64,000 nucleotides of DNA, taken from positions 32,001 to 96,000 of the forward strand of contig CAVSQB010000011.1 in NCBI GenBank assembly GCA_963729895.1, written 5' to 3'. The position numbers and the translations under genes were made by a program. How positions within the stretch are numbered: position 1 is the first letter of the stretch; the number at the start of each line of letters is the position of its first letter. A model generated the notes under the pieces. It ran no database searches. It saw only the letters and a program-made list of their open reading frames with translations, and was not told where the DNA came from. Positions 19,050 to 28,903 of this stretch are shown in pieces. Source of the stretch: an uncultured Fibrobacterota bacterium. Lineage in GTDB: Bacteria > Fibrobacterota > Chitinivibrionia > Chitinivibrionales > FEN-1185.

Positions 19050-20951
19050 TTACAGCAGGGAAACGATCCGCCGTATCTTTGCTTTCGAAAGCTTAGTTTG
19101 TCGCAGCGTTTCCTTAACAAAATAATCCTGCGACGCAGGCGTGTGCGCCGCATCGTAATCGTCCAGTATGGTTGCGCCGCGCTCATCGTCCTTCTTTTTC
19201 GCCGCCAGCGTGTCGAGCGCGATTTTATCATGTATGTCAAGGAGCCGGACAAGATTTTTCTTCACGCTGCGAACGGCATAGCCTTCCTTTTTCAAGACCG
19301 CGCGTTGATGTTCCCACACGGGGTCGCCCGTCGACTTCCGGTACACGGTTGCCGCGGCCGCGCCTCCCGCCATGCGGTCAAGGAGCCCGCAAAGGCAGTA
19401 ATACTCGATATATAGTGAATAAGCGTGAATGCCGTTGTAACGGCTTTGCTCGGTGATGTAGTTCCTGCCCAGGCCCGGGATATGGCCGGAATCGTACCAC
19501 GCCCGCTTCTCCGTTATGCCCGCAAGGCGGTCGCGCGCGCTGATGATCAGGTCCGCCGTTTCGGGCCTCAGCACCTCTAAGGAGAAGACGCTGCGCGTGG
19601 CCTTATTACGCTCCCGGAATTTTGCCTCGTTTCTGCGCAGGGCATAGATGTTGTCGCTCAGCACCCATCCGGGAAAGAGCTCATTGAGAAACGGGGCGAC
19701 GCCGTCGATGCGGCTTGAAGGGAAATTGATAAGAGAGAAAGGAAACTCCAGGCGCTGGGGAAGCGTGGTGACCCCGGTGGCGATGACGCTGTAGGGAGCG
19801 CGCGTAAAGTCGGCCGGATATTTGACATTCACGCCAAGCCCGAAGAAAGTGCCTTCTCCGCACCACAGTTCCTGGTCGGGCGCGCGTGACGTATGGTTGG
19901 ACCCGACATTCGCCCCGCCGGCGACATTACCTTTGCCTTCCGGCCACAGCGCTCCGATGAGCAATGCCTGATGATGGAGCCCGACAAACGGTCCCACCAG
20001 ACTTGCCGTGACTTCACCTTCCGCGATGTGCGTGTTGGGGCCGACAATGCTCTGCAACACCTTGGCATGACGATTGACAACCGAATGTTCGAGCAGGACC
20101 GAGTTTTCAACGATTGCCATCGAGTCAACCCTGCCACCCCATTGCACGCAGGAATTACGCACCAGCGCGCCGTGGCCTACAAAGGCCGGTTCTTTGGCCG
20201 ATCCCAGGACGGTGCAGTTCTCCAGAAGCGCGGCGCCGTCGATAACGCAACCGGGACCCACAAATGAGTCCCGGATTTCCTGAACGCACCGGATGGTGCA
20301 GCCCGCTTCCGCAACGCCGACCGTGACGGTGCACGCATCCCGGTATTTCTTCACGAAACGGGAGTACGCCTCCTGCAAAGCCCTGTTGCCGCGGCCCAGC
20401 GCGACCGCCTGCGCAATGGGAATAGTGAGTTCTGCAAAGCCGGCCACTTCGCGGCCGCCGGTTTCGATTCCCACCGGTACCGCTATTCCGTTGCCGAAAG
20501 AAGTGCGTCCGGAACACAGCAGCGCTCCCACCGAAAACACAACCGCTTTTTCGCCCACCAGGTAGCGCGACACCGCGGCATTGTACACCACGCTGTTGGA
20601 GCCGATTTCCGAATCGGCGATGACGCTTTTGTAAATTCCGGGCGGAACGGAGAGGGAAGCGTCGATCTCAATTGGCTTGCGGTCGAACGCGCCCAGGGCG
20701 CAGTTTCCTGTGAAGATGGAGCCGGAAACGGCATCGGGACGAAAGCCGCGGGCAACGAGGATCAAAGACCAGCTGGAGCATGAATTCCCGCGCGCCTCGA
20801 GCCTGCGAATTTCGTCGCTTGTCAAATGGCGCACCGCGTTTCCGAACAGCCTGGTTGCGCCCGGTTTCTTTTCCACAATGCGCAGTGCGTCAAGAAAGTC
20901 CGACGAGTCAATAATGCCGCCGATGAGGCGTTCCAGGTCCCGGATCATCAT
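19050..20951 (-). CDS. DUF4954 family protein (hexapeptide/left-handed beta-helix-like)
   Basis: LTSDEIRRLEARGNSCSSW, IETGGREV, EGEVTASLVGPFVGLHHQALLI, GANVGSNHTSRAPDQE, LEFPFSLI. Confidence 0.8.
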   Translation of the reverse strand: MMIRDLERLIGGIIDSSDFLDALRIVEKKPGATRLFGNAVRHLTSDEIRRLEARGNSCSSWSLILVARGFRPDAVSGSIFTGNCALGAFDRKPIEIDASLSVPPGIYKSVIADSEIGSNSVVYNAAVSRYLVGEKAVVFSVGALLCSGRTSFGNGIAVPVGIETGGREVAGFAELTIPIAQAVALGRGNRALQEAYSRFVKKYRDACTVTVGVAEAGCTIRCVQEIRDSFVGPGCVIDGAALLENCTVLGSAKEPAFVGHGALVRNSCVQWGGRVDSMAIVENSVLLEHSVVNRHAKVLQSIVGPNTHIAEGEVTASLVGPFVGLHHQALLIGALWPEGKGNVAGGANVGSNHTSRAPDQELWCGEGTFFGLGVNVKYPADFTRAPYSVIATGVTTLPQRLEFPFSLINFPSSRIDGVAPFLNELFPGWVLSDNIYALRRNEAKFRERNKATRSVFSLEVLRPETADLIISARDRLAGITEKRAWYDSGHIPGLGRNYITEQSRYNGIHAYSLYIEYYCLCGLLDRMAGGAAAATVYRKSTGDPVWEHQRAVLKKEGYAVRSVKKNLVRLLDIHDKIALDTLAAKKKDDERGATILDDYDAAHTPASQDYFVKETLRQTKLSKAKIRRIVSLL

Positions 20952-21109
20952 GCTCCAACCGGATGAAAGACACGCGTGGTTTCGCCGCGGGGGCGATCAA
21001 TCCGTAATGAAATTATGACAATCCATGCTCAAATGCAAGCAAGGCCTTGCGTAAAGAAAAGCAATGGGGGACCGGTCTGTAACGCCGGCACGAAACCTGC
21101 GTCACAAGG

Positions 21110-22534
21110 CTACAGGCGGGAGAAGTAGATCGAGCGGGAGGTGCGCGACCCTGCGAGGTGCAGGTAATAGCCGCCGCAGCCGGCCTTTCCCCCGGACGCG
21201 GTGAGGCCGTTCCACGAGTAGCTCCGGGGGCCGACTTCGCTGAGGGAACAAACCAGCCTGCCTGCCGGCGAGTAAATTGACGCATTAAGAATTGGCTCGC
21301 CTGCGGGAAAGGAAAACCGCAGGGCGCGCCCCCTGCCGAGAAGGAGCTCGCAGGTTTCGCCGCCGTTCACCATCGCCCGGGGCGGGTAATTGACAGACTG
21401 GACAGCGGAAACTTCAACCCACCCGCGGCCGGAGTTCTGGTCGGGCGTCAGTGCGGTGAGGTTCTGCCTGTCGGCATCCGAGTACCCGAAGGCGGTGATG
21501 AACTGATTGAGCAGGGCGTCCGGGTGCGTGGTGCATTTCATGATGTCGATGCGGATCTTCCGCGTTGTCAAATAATCCACGGCCGGACCGAACGTGCCCA
21601 TCACCAGATAGTAAGGACTGACATTGGGAATTGCGCTCCAGTCGCCAACGGTCGACGACCACAGCGAATCGACGATGCACAGCTGCTGCCTGCACGGAAC
21701 GCCCGGGCCCGGGGTGCCGATGATGGCATCGTTTTTGTTAAGTTCGAACAACTGCGCGAGGTTCTGGGGGCAATTTTGGCCGTGTGCCGCCCGGGTAATA
21801 GTACCCACGTGATTCTTAAGCGTCATGGTGAGTCCAACCCATGTGGCAATGTGCGGCTTGTTTACTCCGATATCTATCAGAATGTCTGCATTCTGGATAA
21901 TGGTGGTGCATTTGAGCGCTTCGCCCATTACGGTAACGGGAAAGGTGTCTCCACCGTTGCTCACCACAACATCCGCGGGGAGCAAGGTGCCTCGGAAGCC
22001 GTTATAGTTCGCCACGGCGTTGTCCATGGTGTCGTAAATGGTAATGTTCTGGAAGGGAACGCCGAAGCCGGCCAGTACCCTGCACACTTTGTCGATGATG
22101 GCGGCGCGGGGGTGTATTCCCGTGACCGCGTCGAGGCCCGAACAGTTTACCTTTATGGCGGCAATCACGTCTTGCCATGATTTCGCGTCGGGTTTTCGCA
22201 AGATGATCGGCCACGCCGTTTGCGGGTCGGAGGCCTGGGCAAGTGCGCATGCCATGGAATCGAGGTCGGCGGACACCTGCGCGGCGTTCACCACGGCATT
22301 CTGGGAAACGGTGTCCCACTTGAGCGGGCTCGAGTTTTCCATTGCCGAATCGCAGCATGCAACCACGCGAAGATTATCTATGGCGGGATTGATTTGCATG
22401 CCGGCTGTGAAGCCCGAGGCGGCGCCAAAGATCTTGCGCACGCCCGCGGAGGCGGCCGCAAGTCCTGCCGCCGCGAAGGTGGAGGTTTTGAGAAAATTGC
22501 GTCTGCCTCTGTTGTGGGAATGTCGCCGCTTCAT
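21110..22534 (-). CDS. Tat-exported DUF362-like protein with C-terminal sorting-domain-like tail
   Basis: RRNFLK twin-arginine signal; AIKVNC, KPH...TMTLKNHVG, IVDSL; C-terminal IYSPAGRLV...WNG...G.Y. Confidence 0.75.
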   Translation of the reverse strand: MKRRHSHNRGRRNFLKTSTFAAAGLAAASAGVRKIFGAASGFTAGMQINPAIDNLRVVACCDSAMENSSPLKWDTVSQNAVVNAAQVSADLDSMACALAQASDPQTAWPIILRKPDAKSWQDVIAAIKVNCSGLDAVTGIHPRAAIIDKVCRVLAGFGVPFQNITIYDTMDNAVANYNGFRGTLLPADVVVSNGGDTFPVTVMGEALKCTTIIQNADILIDIGVNKPHIATWVGLTMTLKNHVGTITRAAHGQNCPQNLAQLFELNKNDAIIGTPGPGVPCRQQLCIVDSLWSSTVGDWSAIPNVSPYYLVMGTFGPAVDYLTTRKIRIDIMKCTTHPDALLNQFITAFGYSDADRQNLTALTPDQNSGRGWVEVSAVQSVNYPPRAMVNGGETCELLLGRGRALRFSFPAGEPILNASIYSPAGRLVCSLSEVGPRSYSWNGLTASGGKAGCGGYYLHLAGSRTSRSIYFSRL

Positions 22535-22887
22535 ATTCAGTAAATATACCACTTTGTGGAGACATTAGGGATGAAAAATGACCCCACCTGCGCGGCATTT
22601 GAATACAGCCTCATGCCGGCCGTGATTCCCGGAAATTTATCGCTTTCGCAACGTTTTTCCCATATTGAGAATCCACGCTAGAGACCTCCGGCGAAATGCA
22701 GAAGCGTCCGTTGTGTCCTCTTCTGCCGGGTGCAAATCACGGCGGAACAGCTTTGGCAAGTTTCTTGCGACAATGAGCCGGTTATAATAGATTTACAACA
22801 ATGCACCGCAGGAATATTCCTCTTTGCATCGGTTGATCGCCGCGAGTGCGGCTATACGTCACCCATTTACAAACATAAGGAGACCGT

Positions 22888-23463
22888 ATGGAACACAAAC
22901 TGCCGGAATTGCCGTTTGCGAAATCGGCGCTTGCCCCGCATCTTTCCCAGGAAACGCTGGAATTCCACCACGGCAAACATCATAACGCCTATGTCAATAA
23001 TCTCAACAAACTGATAAAGGGCACCGAGTACGAGTCGATGACGCTTGAGCAGATTTGCGCCAAGGCGAGCGGCCCCATTTTCAACAACGCGGCCCAGCAC
23101 TGGAACCACTCGTTCTACTGGCAATGTCTTGCGCCGTCCTCTTTACAGCCGTCGGGACAGCTTGCAGACGCAATTACGAGGGATTTCAAGTCGCCGGAGG
23201 GCCTGCGGGACATGTTCTTCTCCTCGGCGGTGGGAAATTTCGGTTCCGGGTGGACATGGCTCGTCAAGGGCGGCGACCGGTTGTCTATTGTCAATACAAG
23301 CAACGCTGCGATGCCGCAGAAAGACGGCAAGATCCCTGTCCTGGTGTGCGACGTATGGGAACATGCGTACTACATAGATTATCGCAACAACCGGCAGGCC
23401 TATCTGGAAGCGTTCTGGAAGATCGTCAACTGGAAATTTGCGGAAAAGCAATTTGCGGGATAA
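22888..23463 (+). CDS. sodB: Fe superoxide dismutase
   Basis: HHGKHH, NNAAQHWNHSFYW, GSGWTWL, DVWEHAYY; AAQ signature of the Fe type; AAGGAG RBS. Confidence 0.95.
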   Translation: MEHKLPELPFAKSALAPHLSQETLEFHHGKHHNAYVNNLNKLIKGTEYESMTLEQICAKASGPIFNNAAQHWNHSFYWQCLAPSSLQPSGQLADAITRDFKSPEGLRDMFFSSAVGNFGSGWTWLVKGGDRLSIVNTSNAAMPQKDGKIPVLVCDVWEHAYYIDYRNNRQAYLEAFWKIVNWKFAEKQFAG

Positions 23464-23493
23464 GGGGATTGATTCTTCTTCAGTCAAGAAAAG

Positions 23494-23660
23494 CGGGCGC
23501 CCCGCCGCTTTGCGGTGGCAGCCCTCCCTTCGGGCTCGGCCGAAGCCTCGTTGTCCGCCCGAGTCGCCTGCGGCGAGGGTACCCCCTTCGGGTACTTCCA
23601 CGGGTCGTCGGCCGGCAATCCCGCGTTGCGGGACCCTGCGGTCCTGCTTGGCGCGGGAAT
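23494..23660 (+). repeat. Structured repeat family B copy 2 (with internal insertion)
   Basis: GGGCGCCCCGCCG...CCCTCCCTTCGGGCTCGGCCG...CGGCCGGCAATCCCGC...GCGGGACCCTGCGGTCCTGC. Confidence 0.75.
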
Positions 23661-24018
23661 ACGGACCACGCCCCATATCCCTGATTCCCAGATAAGAAAG
23701 TGAAAGTGCGAGACGAGGCTCCAGGAGCATCGCGAGGGGTAAAACGACGGAGCAACCCACCTAACGACATGTTCCCAACCGCCTCTCACTATTCCGTGCA
23801 GTTCATCAATTCCGAAACAAAGACAAGCGCAACGGACCGGCCGTTGGGGATTCACACCTCTGACGACCGGGGAGCCGGCGACCTGCGGAAAGGACGTTCC
23901 CGAATGAATTTTGCCGCAGGTGACGGAGAAAAAATCTGGCGGGAAAACGCGGAAAAGGTATATTATGATTCAGGGATTTCTCACGTTTGTCACCAACCGG
24001 AATGAGGGGGTTTGTGGT

Positions 24019-25008
24019 ATGAAGAAGGCTCTTGTTTCAAGGGGTTTGGCCGTTGCGGCCCAGGTCGGCGTTCTGGCGCTTGGATTTGCGGCTGCGGCAC
24101 AGGCCGATACGGTGCAGGTGAATATTAAATCGATCCTAAATGGTCGTGCCGTTTCCACTTTTTCAAACGGAAAGATCTACACATGGACAATGGGAATTGA
24201 TGGTGGTGGAACAGGTGACGGATACGTGACACATTCCGTTGCCGTCCATCTGAACTACACCGGACACACGCTGCCGGACAGCGCGCGGTATCCTGCCAAC
24301 GCCAATCATCCGACCATGATTCTAAATTTTTCCAATTCAGACAGTACCGGGCAACAAACTCATTATATTCTCGGTTTGGATTCAGTCACGTTTCCCGTTC
24401 CGCAGGGAAATTACTCGAACCTCTACTTTGCCATGACAAGTTCGGAGGGAGGTTCTACCTTCAATGTCGTATTGAATTATTCGGATGGCCCTGTTGCTTC
24501 AACCGTCAATTTGCCGGACTATGATCAGGGTCTCACCTCTGGTATTTTCTATGTTGACTCTGCCATGCAGAAGTGGAACAATCAGAACATCCCTGGTGAC
24601 AACAATGGTCATGCCCTCAACGGCTTCGGCGTTACCGCGAATCCGGCAAAGACACTTACGAGTGTTAAGCTTCTTAAGAAAACCAGCAATTACCTTGTCC
24701 TTTGGGGCGTCACCGGCGTCGGGACATTTTCGACAGCCGTGCAACAACCGGCAGCCGTTGGAAAATCAAGATTCCAAGCCGTACGCGCCATTACCAGTAG
24801 CGACGGAAAGATCCGGTTTGAAAACATCGCAGCCAATTCGGAGCTTGCCGTGGTCTCGCTTTCAGGCGCAAAGGCCGCGCACCTGGTTTGTGCGCAAGGC
24901 GGCAACTTGGTGTGGAATAACGGTAGAACCGTTCCGCCCGGCTTATACATCTGCGAAATCAGATCAGGCACGGAAAGCCAAAGGGTGCAGGTGATTGTCG
25001 GCAGGTAA
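24019..25008 (+). CDS. Secreted beta-rich hypothetical protein with C-terminal sorting-domain-like tail
   Basis: Signal peptide ending AQA; C-terminal VVSLSGAK...WNNGRTVPPGLYICEI; GAGGGG RBS. Confidence 0.75.
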   Translation: MKKALVSRGLAVAAQVGVLALGFAAAAQADTVQVNIKSILNGRAVSTFSNGKIYTWTMGIDGGGTGDGYVTHSVAVHLNYTGHTLPDSARYPANANHPTMILNFSNSDSTGQQTHYILGLDSVTFPVPQGNYSNLYFAMTSSEGGSTFNVVLNYSDGPVASTVNLPDYDQGLTSGIFYVDSAMQKWNNQNIPGDNNGHALNGFGVTANPAKTLTSVKLLKKTSNYLVLWGVTGVGTFSTAVQQPAAVGKSRFQAVRAITSSDGKIRFENIAANSELAVVSLSGAKAAHLVCAQGGNLVWNNGRTVPPGLYICEIRSGTESQRVQVIVGR

Positions 25009-25039
25009 GAAAAACATAGTCACGGAAGGTTTGTTTCAG

Positions 25040-25074
25040 CGAAGGCGGGCCAACGGTCCGCCTTCGTCATTTTT
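25040..25074. terminator. Hairpin terminator between convergent genes
   Basis: CGAAGGCGGGCC-AAC-GGTCCGCCTTCG followed by a T-rich tract. Confidence 0.65.
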
Positions 25075-25090
25075 GCGCCGGGGATCTCTT

Positions 25091-25747
25091 TCAGCGTGTC
25101 TTGAGCAGCTTAAAGGCATGCGACCACTCGTTGCGAAGAAGGCCGGGAATGCACCAGAGCATGCACAACGGCTCTATCGCCCTTGCCCCTTCCGCCATTC
25201 CCATGTCTTCCGCTTCAAATCCGAACGTTTCCACAATGCCGCTCACGTCTTTCTTTGCGTTGGCATCGTTGCCGCAAATAAACATCGACGGCTTTGTGCC
25301 GCCGAAATCGGGGTTCACCATGAATGCGTTGCCGATGGAATTGAATGCCTTCACAAAATGCGCTTTCGGGAACTCCTTTTGTAATTGCTCCATGAGTGAC
25401 CTGTCGAGCGATGTAAAGAACGCGATGACGCCGTTGACAGGAGACGCATCCGCGATCGGATTGGTAACGTCAATGACGGTCTTTCCGCTTATGTTTTCCG
25501 CTCCCGTCGCCTTCAGTGCCTCCAAAGCGGCCGAACCTTTCACCGCAAGCACCACGATCTGCGCCCACGCCGCGGTCTCGGGCAAACTTCCAAGCCGGCC
25601 TTTTCCGCCTGCCTGCTTCTTCCAATCGGCCAGTTTCTTCTGGTCTCGGCTTCCGAGCATAACCTCGCACCCGTGCTTTATGAATCCGTTTGCAAGTGTT
25701 TGCGCGACCGCGCCTGACCCCAGGATTCCAACTCGTTTCGCATCCAT
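25091..25747 (-). CDS. NADP oxidoreductase, F420-dependent reductase-like family
   Basis: VGILGSGAVA Rossmann motif, IDVTNP, VKAFN, ICGND, ARAIEPL. Confidence 0.88.
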   Translation of the reverse strand: MDAKRVGILGSGAVAQTLANGFIKHGCEVMLGSRDQKKLADWKKQAGGKGRLGSLPETAAWAQIVVLAVKGSAALEALKATGAENISGKTVIDVTNPIADASPVNGVIAFFTSLDRSLMEQLQKEFPKAHFVKAFNSIGNAFMVNPDFGGTKPSMFICGNDANAKKDVSGIVETFGFEAEDMGMAEGARAIEPLCMLWCIPGLLRNEWSHAFKLLKTR

Positions 25748-26033
25748 CGGCTTCCCCTTTTTGCTCGTTAGTTACAATGAACGGCTCGTGCCGCGTTTGG
25801 GGGTAAAAAACGCAAAATCCGTGCCACCGGCGGACAGATCCTTTGGGCGGATTCGGTGCCGGATCGCCCCTATGCCTGCCGGCGGGCCACCAATATACAA
25901 ACAGCCCTCTCGCAAGGCAAAGGCGCATCCATTCACCCGCGGTTTTCAGCAACTTCGCGTTTCCAACGTGTCTATCAACTGGAGATTCGCAGACACGCCA
26001 CTCCTGTAGGATTGTATGCAGTGGTAGTCATGG

Positions 26034-26301
26034 TGCTTCGCTTCGCTCGCAATGACACATAGTGTTTTCTATTGCGACCCTGCGGCGCCGTCGGTACAGC
26101 CGCTCTCCAAGGGTGCCCAAATCATCTTCTCTCCGTATTTTCTCCCTCTCCCGCTGGGAGAGGGCGGGGTGAGGTCTTCCTTTATTTTATTTCAAGGGTG
26201 GTGCCCGGGCGCACCCGGCACTGCTATCCAAAGGCATTCCTATTTTGTTTCTGGATTCTTGCCGCAACACCACCTATGGGGTCACCCGGCTCAGCCAACC
26301 A
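26034..26301 (+). repeat. Composite REP/BIME-like mosaic (half MITE end, CCCTCTCCC..GGGAGAGGG hairpin, two family A copies)
   Basis: CTCGCAATGAC at 26046-26056; CCCTCTCCCGCTGGGAGAGGGCGGGGTGAGG at 26144-26174; family A at 26195-26230 and 26252-26301. Confidence 0.7.
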
Positions 26302-26465
26302 GAACGCATTTAATTTCTTCTTCTTTCCTTTCCATCACCGCGCGCCCTGGTGCGGTACACGTGTCTCCAATGGATAAATTTGGGACAACCGGAGGCGATT
26401 GTTATATTATTAACCCAAGCCAATCACGTATAACAATATCCCCACCTTCCAAAAAGGAGCAGTGG

Positions 26466-28865
26466 ATGAAGTCAAAGGCTGTAAAGGTACTTGCCGCAGC
26501 ACTCGTTGCAACAGGACTGGTGCTCATGGGCTGCGCGCCCTATGCTCAACTCAAGCCCAAACCAGAACTCTCCAATGTCGAGCAAGGGTATATTGAACTC
26601 AAGAACGACAAGAAGGATTTCGAGCTCAAGAAGCAGAAGAAATATGTGATCGCCTTCCCTGCGCCGCAGGAGGACAATTTCTACATCGTGATGAACGTTC
26701 CTGCAAAGAAGAAGATGAACAGCTTTCTCTCCAACACCTTTACGGACAAGAAGACCCCTGGCGAGAAGATAAAAGACGAAACCTTGTGGCCCGATTCGAT
26801 CGGCGTGTACCCGATCAACACGAAATCCCCCGCGTTCTACTGGTTTATGGAGACCGGCGGCGAGGATTTCGTGATGCACATGAGATACCGGTATGCGCCG
26901 CAGTGGCGCTTCAAATTCGAGACAAAGCACGCGGAATACAACGCGACGCTTGTGCGAAATATTGTTGACAGAAGCGCATACAAGGGCATCGGCAGCACCA
27001 CGCAGCTCGACGCGTTCAACTTCGGCGTTGCCATCGACACGGTAAAGCGCCATGAGGCGGCGCTCGAAGCGGTATACAAGGAACTGCTTGCCATCGAAAG
27101 CATTTTCCCCGCGCGGATCGTGAATTCAACCGATCCGGCGTACCAGAATTACAGGAAACTGCGCTCCGCCCTCGAAGACGAGATGAATTTCCAGAAGGCA
27201 TACCTCGCGACTCTCGATTTTTTCAACAAAGAAAAGGCCTCGCGGCAGAACCCGGCCGATTTCATGGCGCGCCTCGATGATTTCATCGGGTATTTCGGCC
27301 AGAAAAGCATGCTCGCGCCCAACGTGGTTTCCGAAAGCCAGCGCGTGCTCAAGAACAGGTTCGACGACGTCATGCCCTTTCTTGCCATGAGAATGTCGGG
27401 GAAGGAAGATGCGACGCCGTTCGACAGCGCGCTGTATTTCACTCCCCATCTCGGAGGTCTCGTCACGCTGCACGAAAAAGCCGACATTGCCGTTCCGCAG
27501 GACCTTTCCCTGATGGTGAAGTATGTAGCCGATTTCGATGCCAGGGCGAAGACGACCGCAGCGCTCAAGGACACCATGGACCGCATCGGCAAATATGTCA
27601 AAGACGGGCCGCAAATGCCCGGCGACGAATTCTTCAAGGGTATTGTTGAGCGGCTCACGGCGGTCCAGAACGCGGTTCCTGCAAAGATCGACGAACAATA
27701 CGGCAAGTTTGCGGGATACAAGTGCTCCCAGGCGCTTAACGCCGAGACTGCAAAGCTCGGGGCCGACGTTTCCCAGCACCTGGCCGAATGCCGGCAGGCG
27801 GAAATGCTGGTGCAGCAGGTCAACATGCTCAAGCTCCAGGGCGATTACCGAAGCATGGTGGCCCTGCTTGCGCAGGCGAGGCAGCTCGGGTTCCTTATTG
27901 ACAAATACCGCGACCTCGACAGGCTGTCGGTAGAGCAGCAAATGAAGACCATTAAAGGAGCGCTCTCGTCCGGCGCGTGGGGCCAGGCCGAGACGGGCCT
28001 GCGCACCCTGCACAACGACAACACCTTCCTGAATCCACCGGGGATCCTGCCGTTCAAACAGGCTGCGGTTCGCGAGCTGGAAGATTCCCTGTACACCGGC
28101 GTGGAGCGCCTCACGCGCGCACGCGTCAACAAGTTCTGCGAGGACAAGGTGGGCGTTTTGGAGAACGTGGATTCACTTTACTCCGACTCGGTGTTTCTCC
28201 CGGCCTACAACATCACGTTCTCGTCCGGATCGCAGAACCACCTGCTCCAGAAAAAGGACGCGCTCGCCGCCGACCTTGCCAAGCTGAAAGACTACGATTT
28301 CCCGGCCAAGGCGATCAAGCTCTGTTACGAGCAGTTCCTCAAGAACCCCGACGACAACGGCGTGCTCAAGGCGAGGGCCGTGGTAACGCACGGCAACCAT
28401 TACAAGGGCGACGACAAGGAGATCAAGATCCGTGTTGCGGAATGCAATCCGCAGTCGGCAAAGAGGATTTCGAAACCCAAGGAATACCGCCGCGTGTTCG
28501 CGCTGCCGATCACTGACAACCGCAAGGGCAAGAACAAGTACTACATCCGCCTCAACGTGGATATCCCGACAGATGCGAATTTCCCCGTGTACGACGTGAA
28601 TATCAAGCTGCCCAAGGAGATCGCGCAGAACGCGGCGGCGAGCCAGTGGTACGACGAGATTTCGCTCAACAAGAAATTGCTCAAGAACGAGGGACGGTTT
28701 TCCATCGCCGCCCCGACCGCCTCCAACGATTACGAATGCCAGATCACGCCGGTGCAGATGAACAAGGACCAGAACAACATTCTTGAGATCAACTTTACTT
28801 ACCATGCGTTCAAGCCGTTCCTCGTGAGCGTGATGGTGCAGAAGCCGATCATCAAGAAGAATTGA
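26466..28865 (+). CDS. Large (~800 aa) lipoprotein of unknown function
   Basis: MKSKAVKVLAAALVATGLVLMGC lipobox; AAGGAG RBS; the ORF-track N-terminal extension is repeat DNA. Confidence 0.85.
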   Translation: MKSKAVKVLAAALVATGLVLMGCAPYAQLKPKPELSNVEQGYIELKNDKKDFELKKQKKYVIAFPAPQEDNFYIVMNVPAKKKMNSFLSNTFTDKKTPGEKIKDETLWPDSIGVYPINTKSPAFYWFMETGGEDFVMHMRYRYAPQWRFKFETKHAEYNATLVRNIVDRSAYKGIGSTTQLDAFNFGVAIDTVKRHEAALEAVYKELLAIESIFPARIVNSTDPAYQNYRKLRSALEDEMNFQKAYLATLDFFNKEKASRQNPADFMARLDDFIGYFGQKSMLAPNVVSESQRVLKNRFDDVMPFLAMRMSGKEDATPFDSALYFTPHLGGLVTLHEKADIAVPQDLSLMVKYVADFDARAKTTAALKDTMDRIGKYVKDGPQMPGDEFFKGIVERLTAVQNAVPAKIDEQYGKFAGYKCSQALNAETAKLGADVSQHLAECRQAEMLVQQVNMLKLQGDYRSMVALLAQARQLGFLIDKYRDLDRLSVEQQMKTIKGALSSGAWGQAETGLRTLHNDNTFLNPPGILPFKQAAVRELEDSLYTGVERLTRARVNKFCEDKVGVLENVDSLYSDSVFLPAYNITFSSGSQNHLLQKKDALAADLAKLKDYDFPAKAIKLCYEQFLKNPDDNGVLKARAVVTHGNHYKGDDKEIKIRVAECNPQSAKRISKPKEYRRVFALPITDNRKGKNKYYIRLNVDIPTDANFPVYDVNIKLPKEIAQNAAASQWYDEISLNKKLLKNEGRFSIAAPTASNDYECQITPVQMNKDQNNILEINFTYHAFKPFLVSVMVQKPIIKKN

Positions 28866-28903
28866 TGGCGAAGGTTTCTTTTCTTATTTAGAAAGGGTAT
28901 CCC

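Noticed and set aside
22775..22805. Fur/PerR box upstream of sodB
   Set aside because: Only a half-match (TTATAAT), which is equally explained as a -10 element.
23837..23921. Possible riboswitch upstream of the 24019 gene (two hairpins, CTGACGAC..GGAGCC)
   Set aside because: I could not match a known aptamer consensus by eye, and a -10-like AT-rich element lies downstream of it. An Rfam scan is needed.
26052..26465. N-terminal extension of the 937-aa ORF
   Set aside because: It translates repeat mosaic DNA. The real start with RBS and lipoprotein signal is at 26466.
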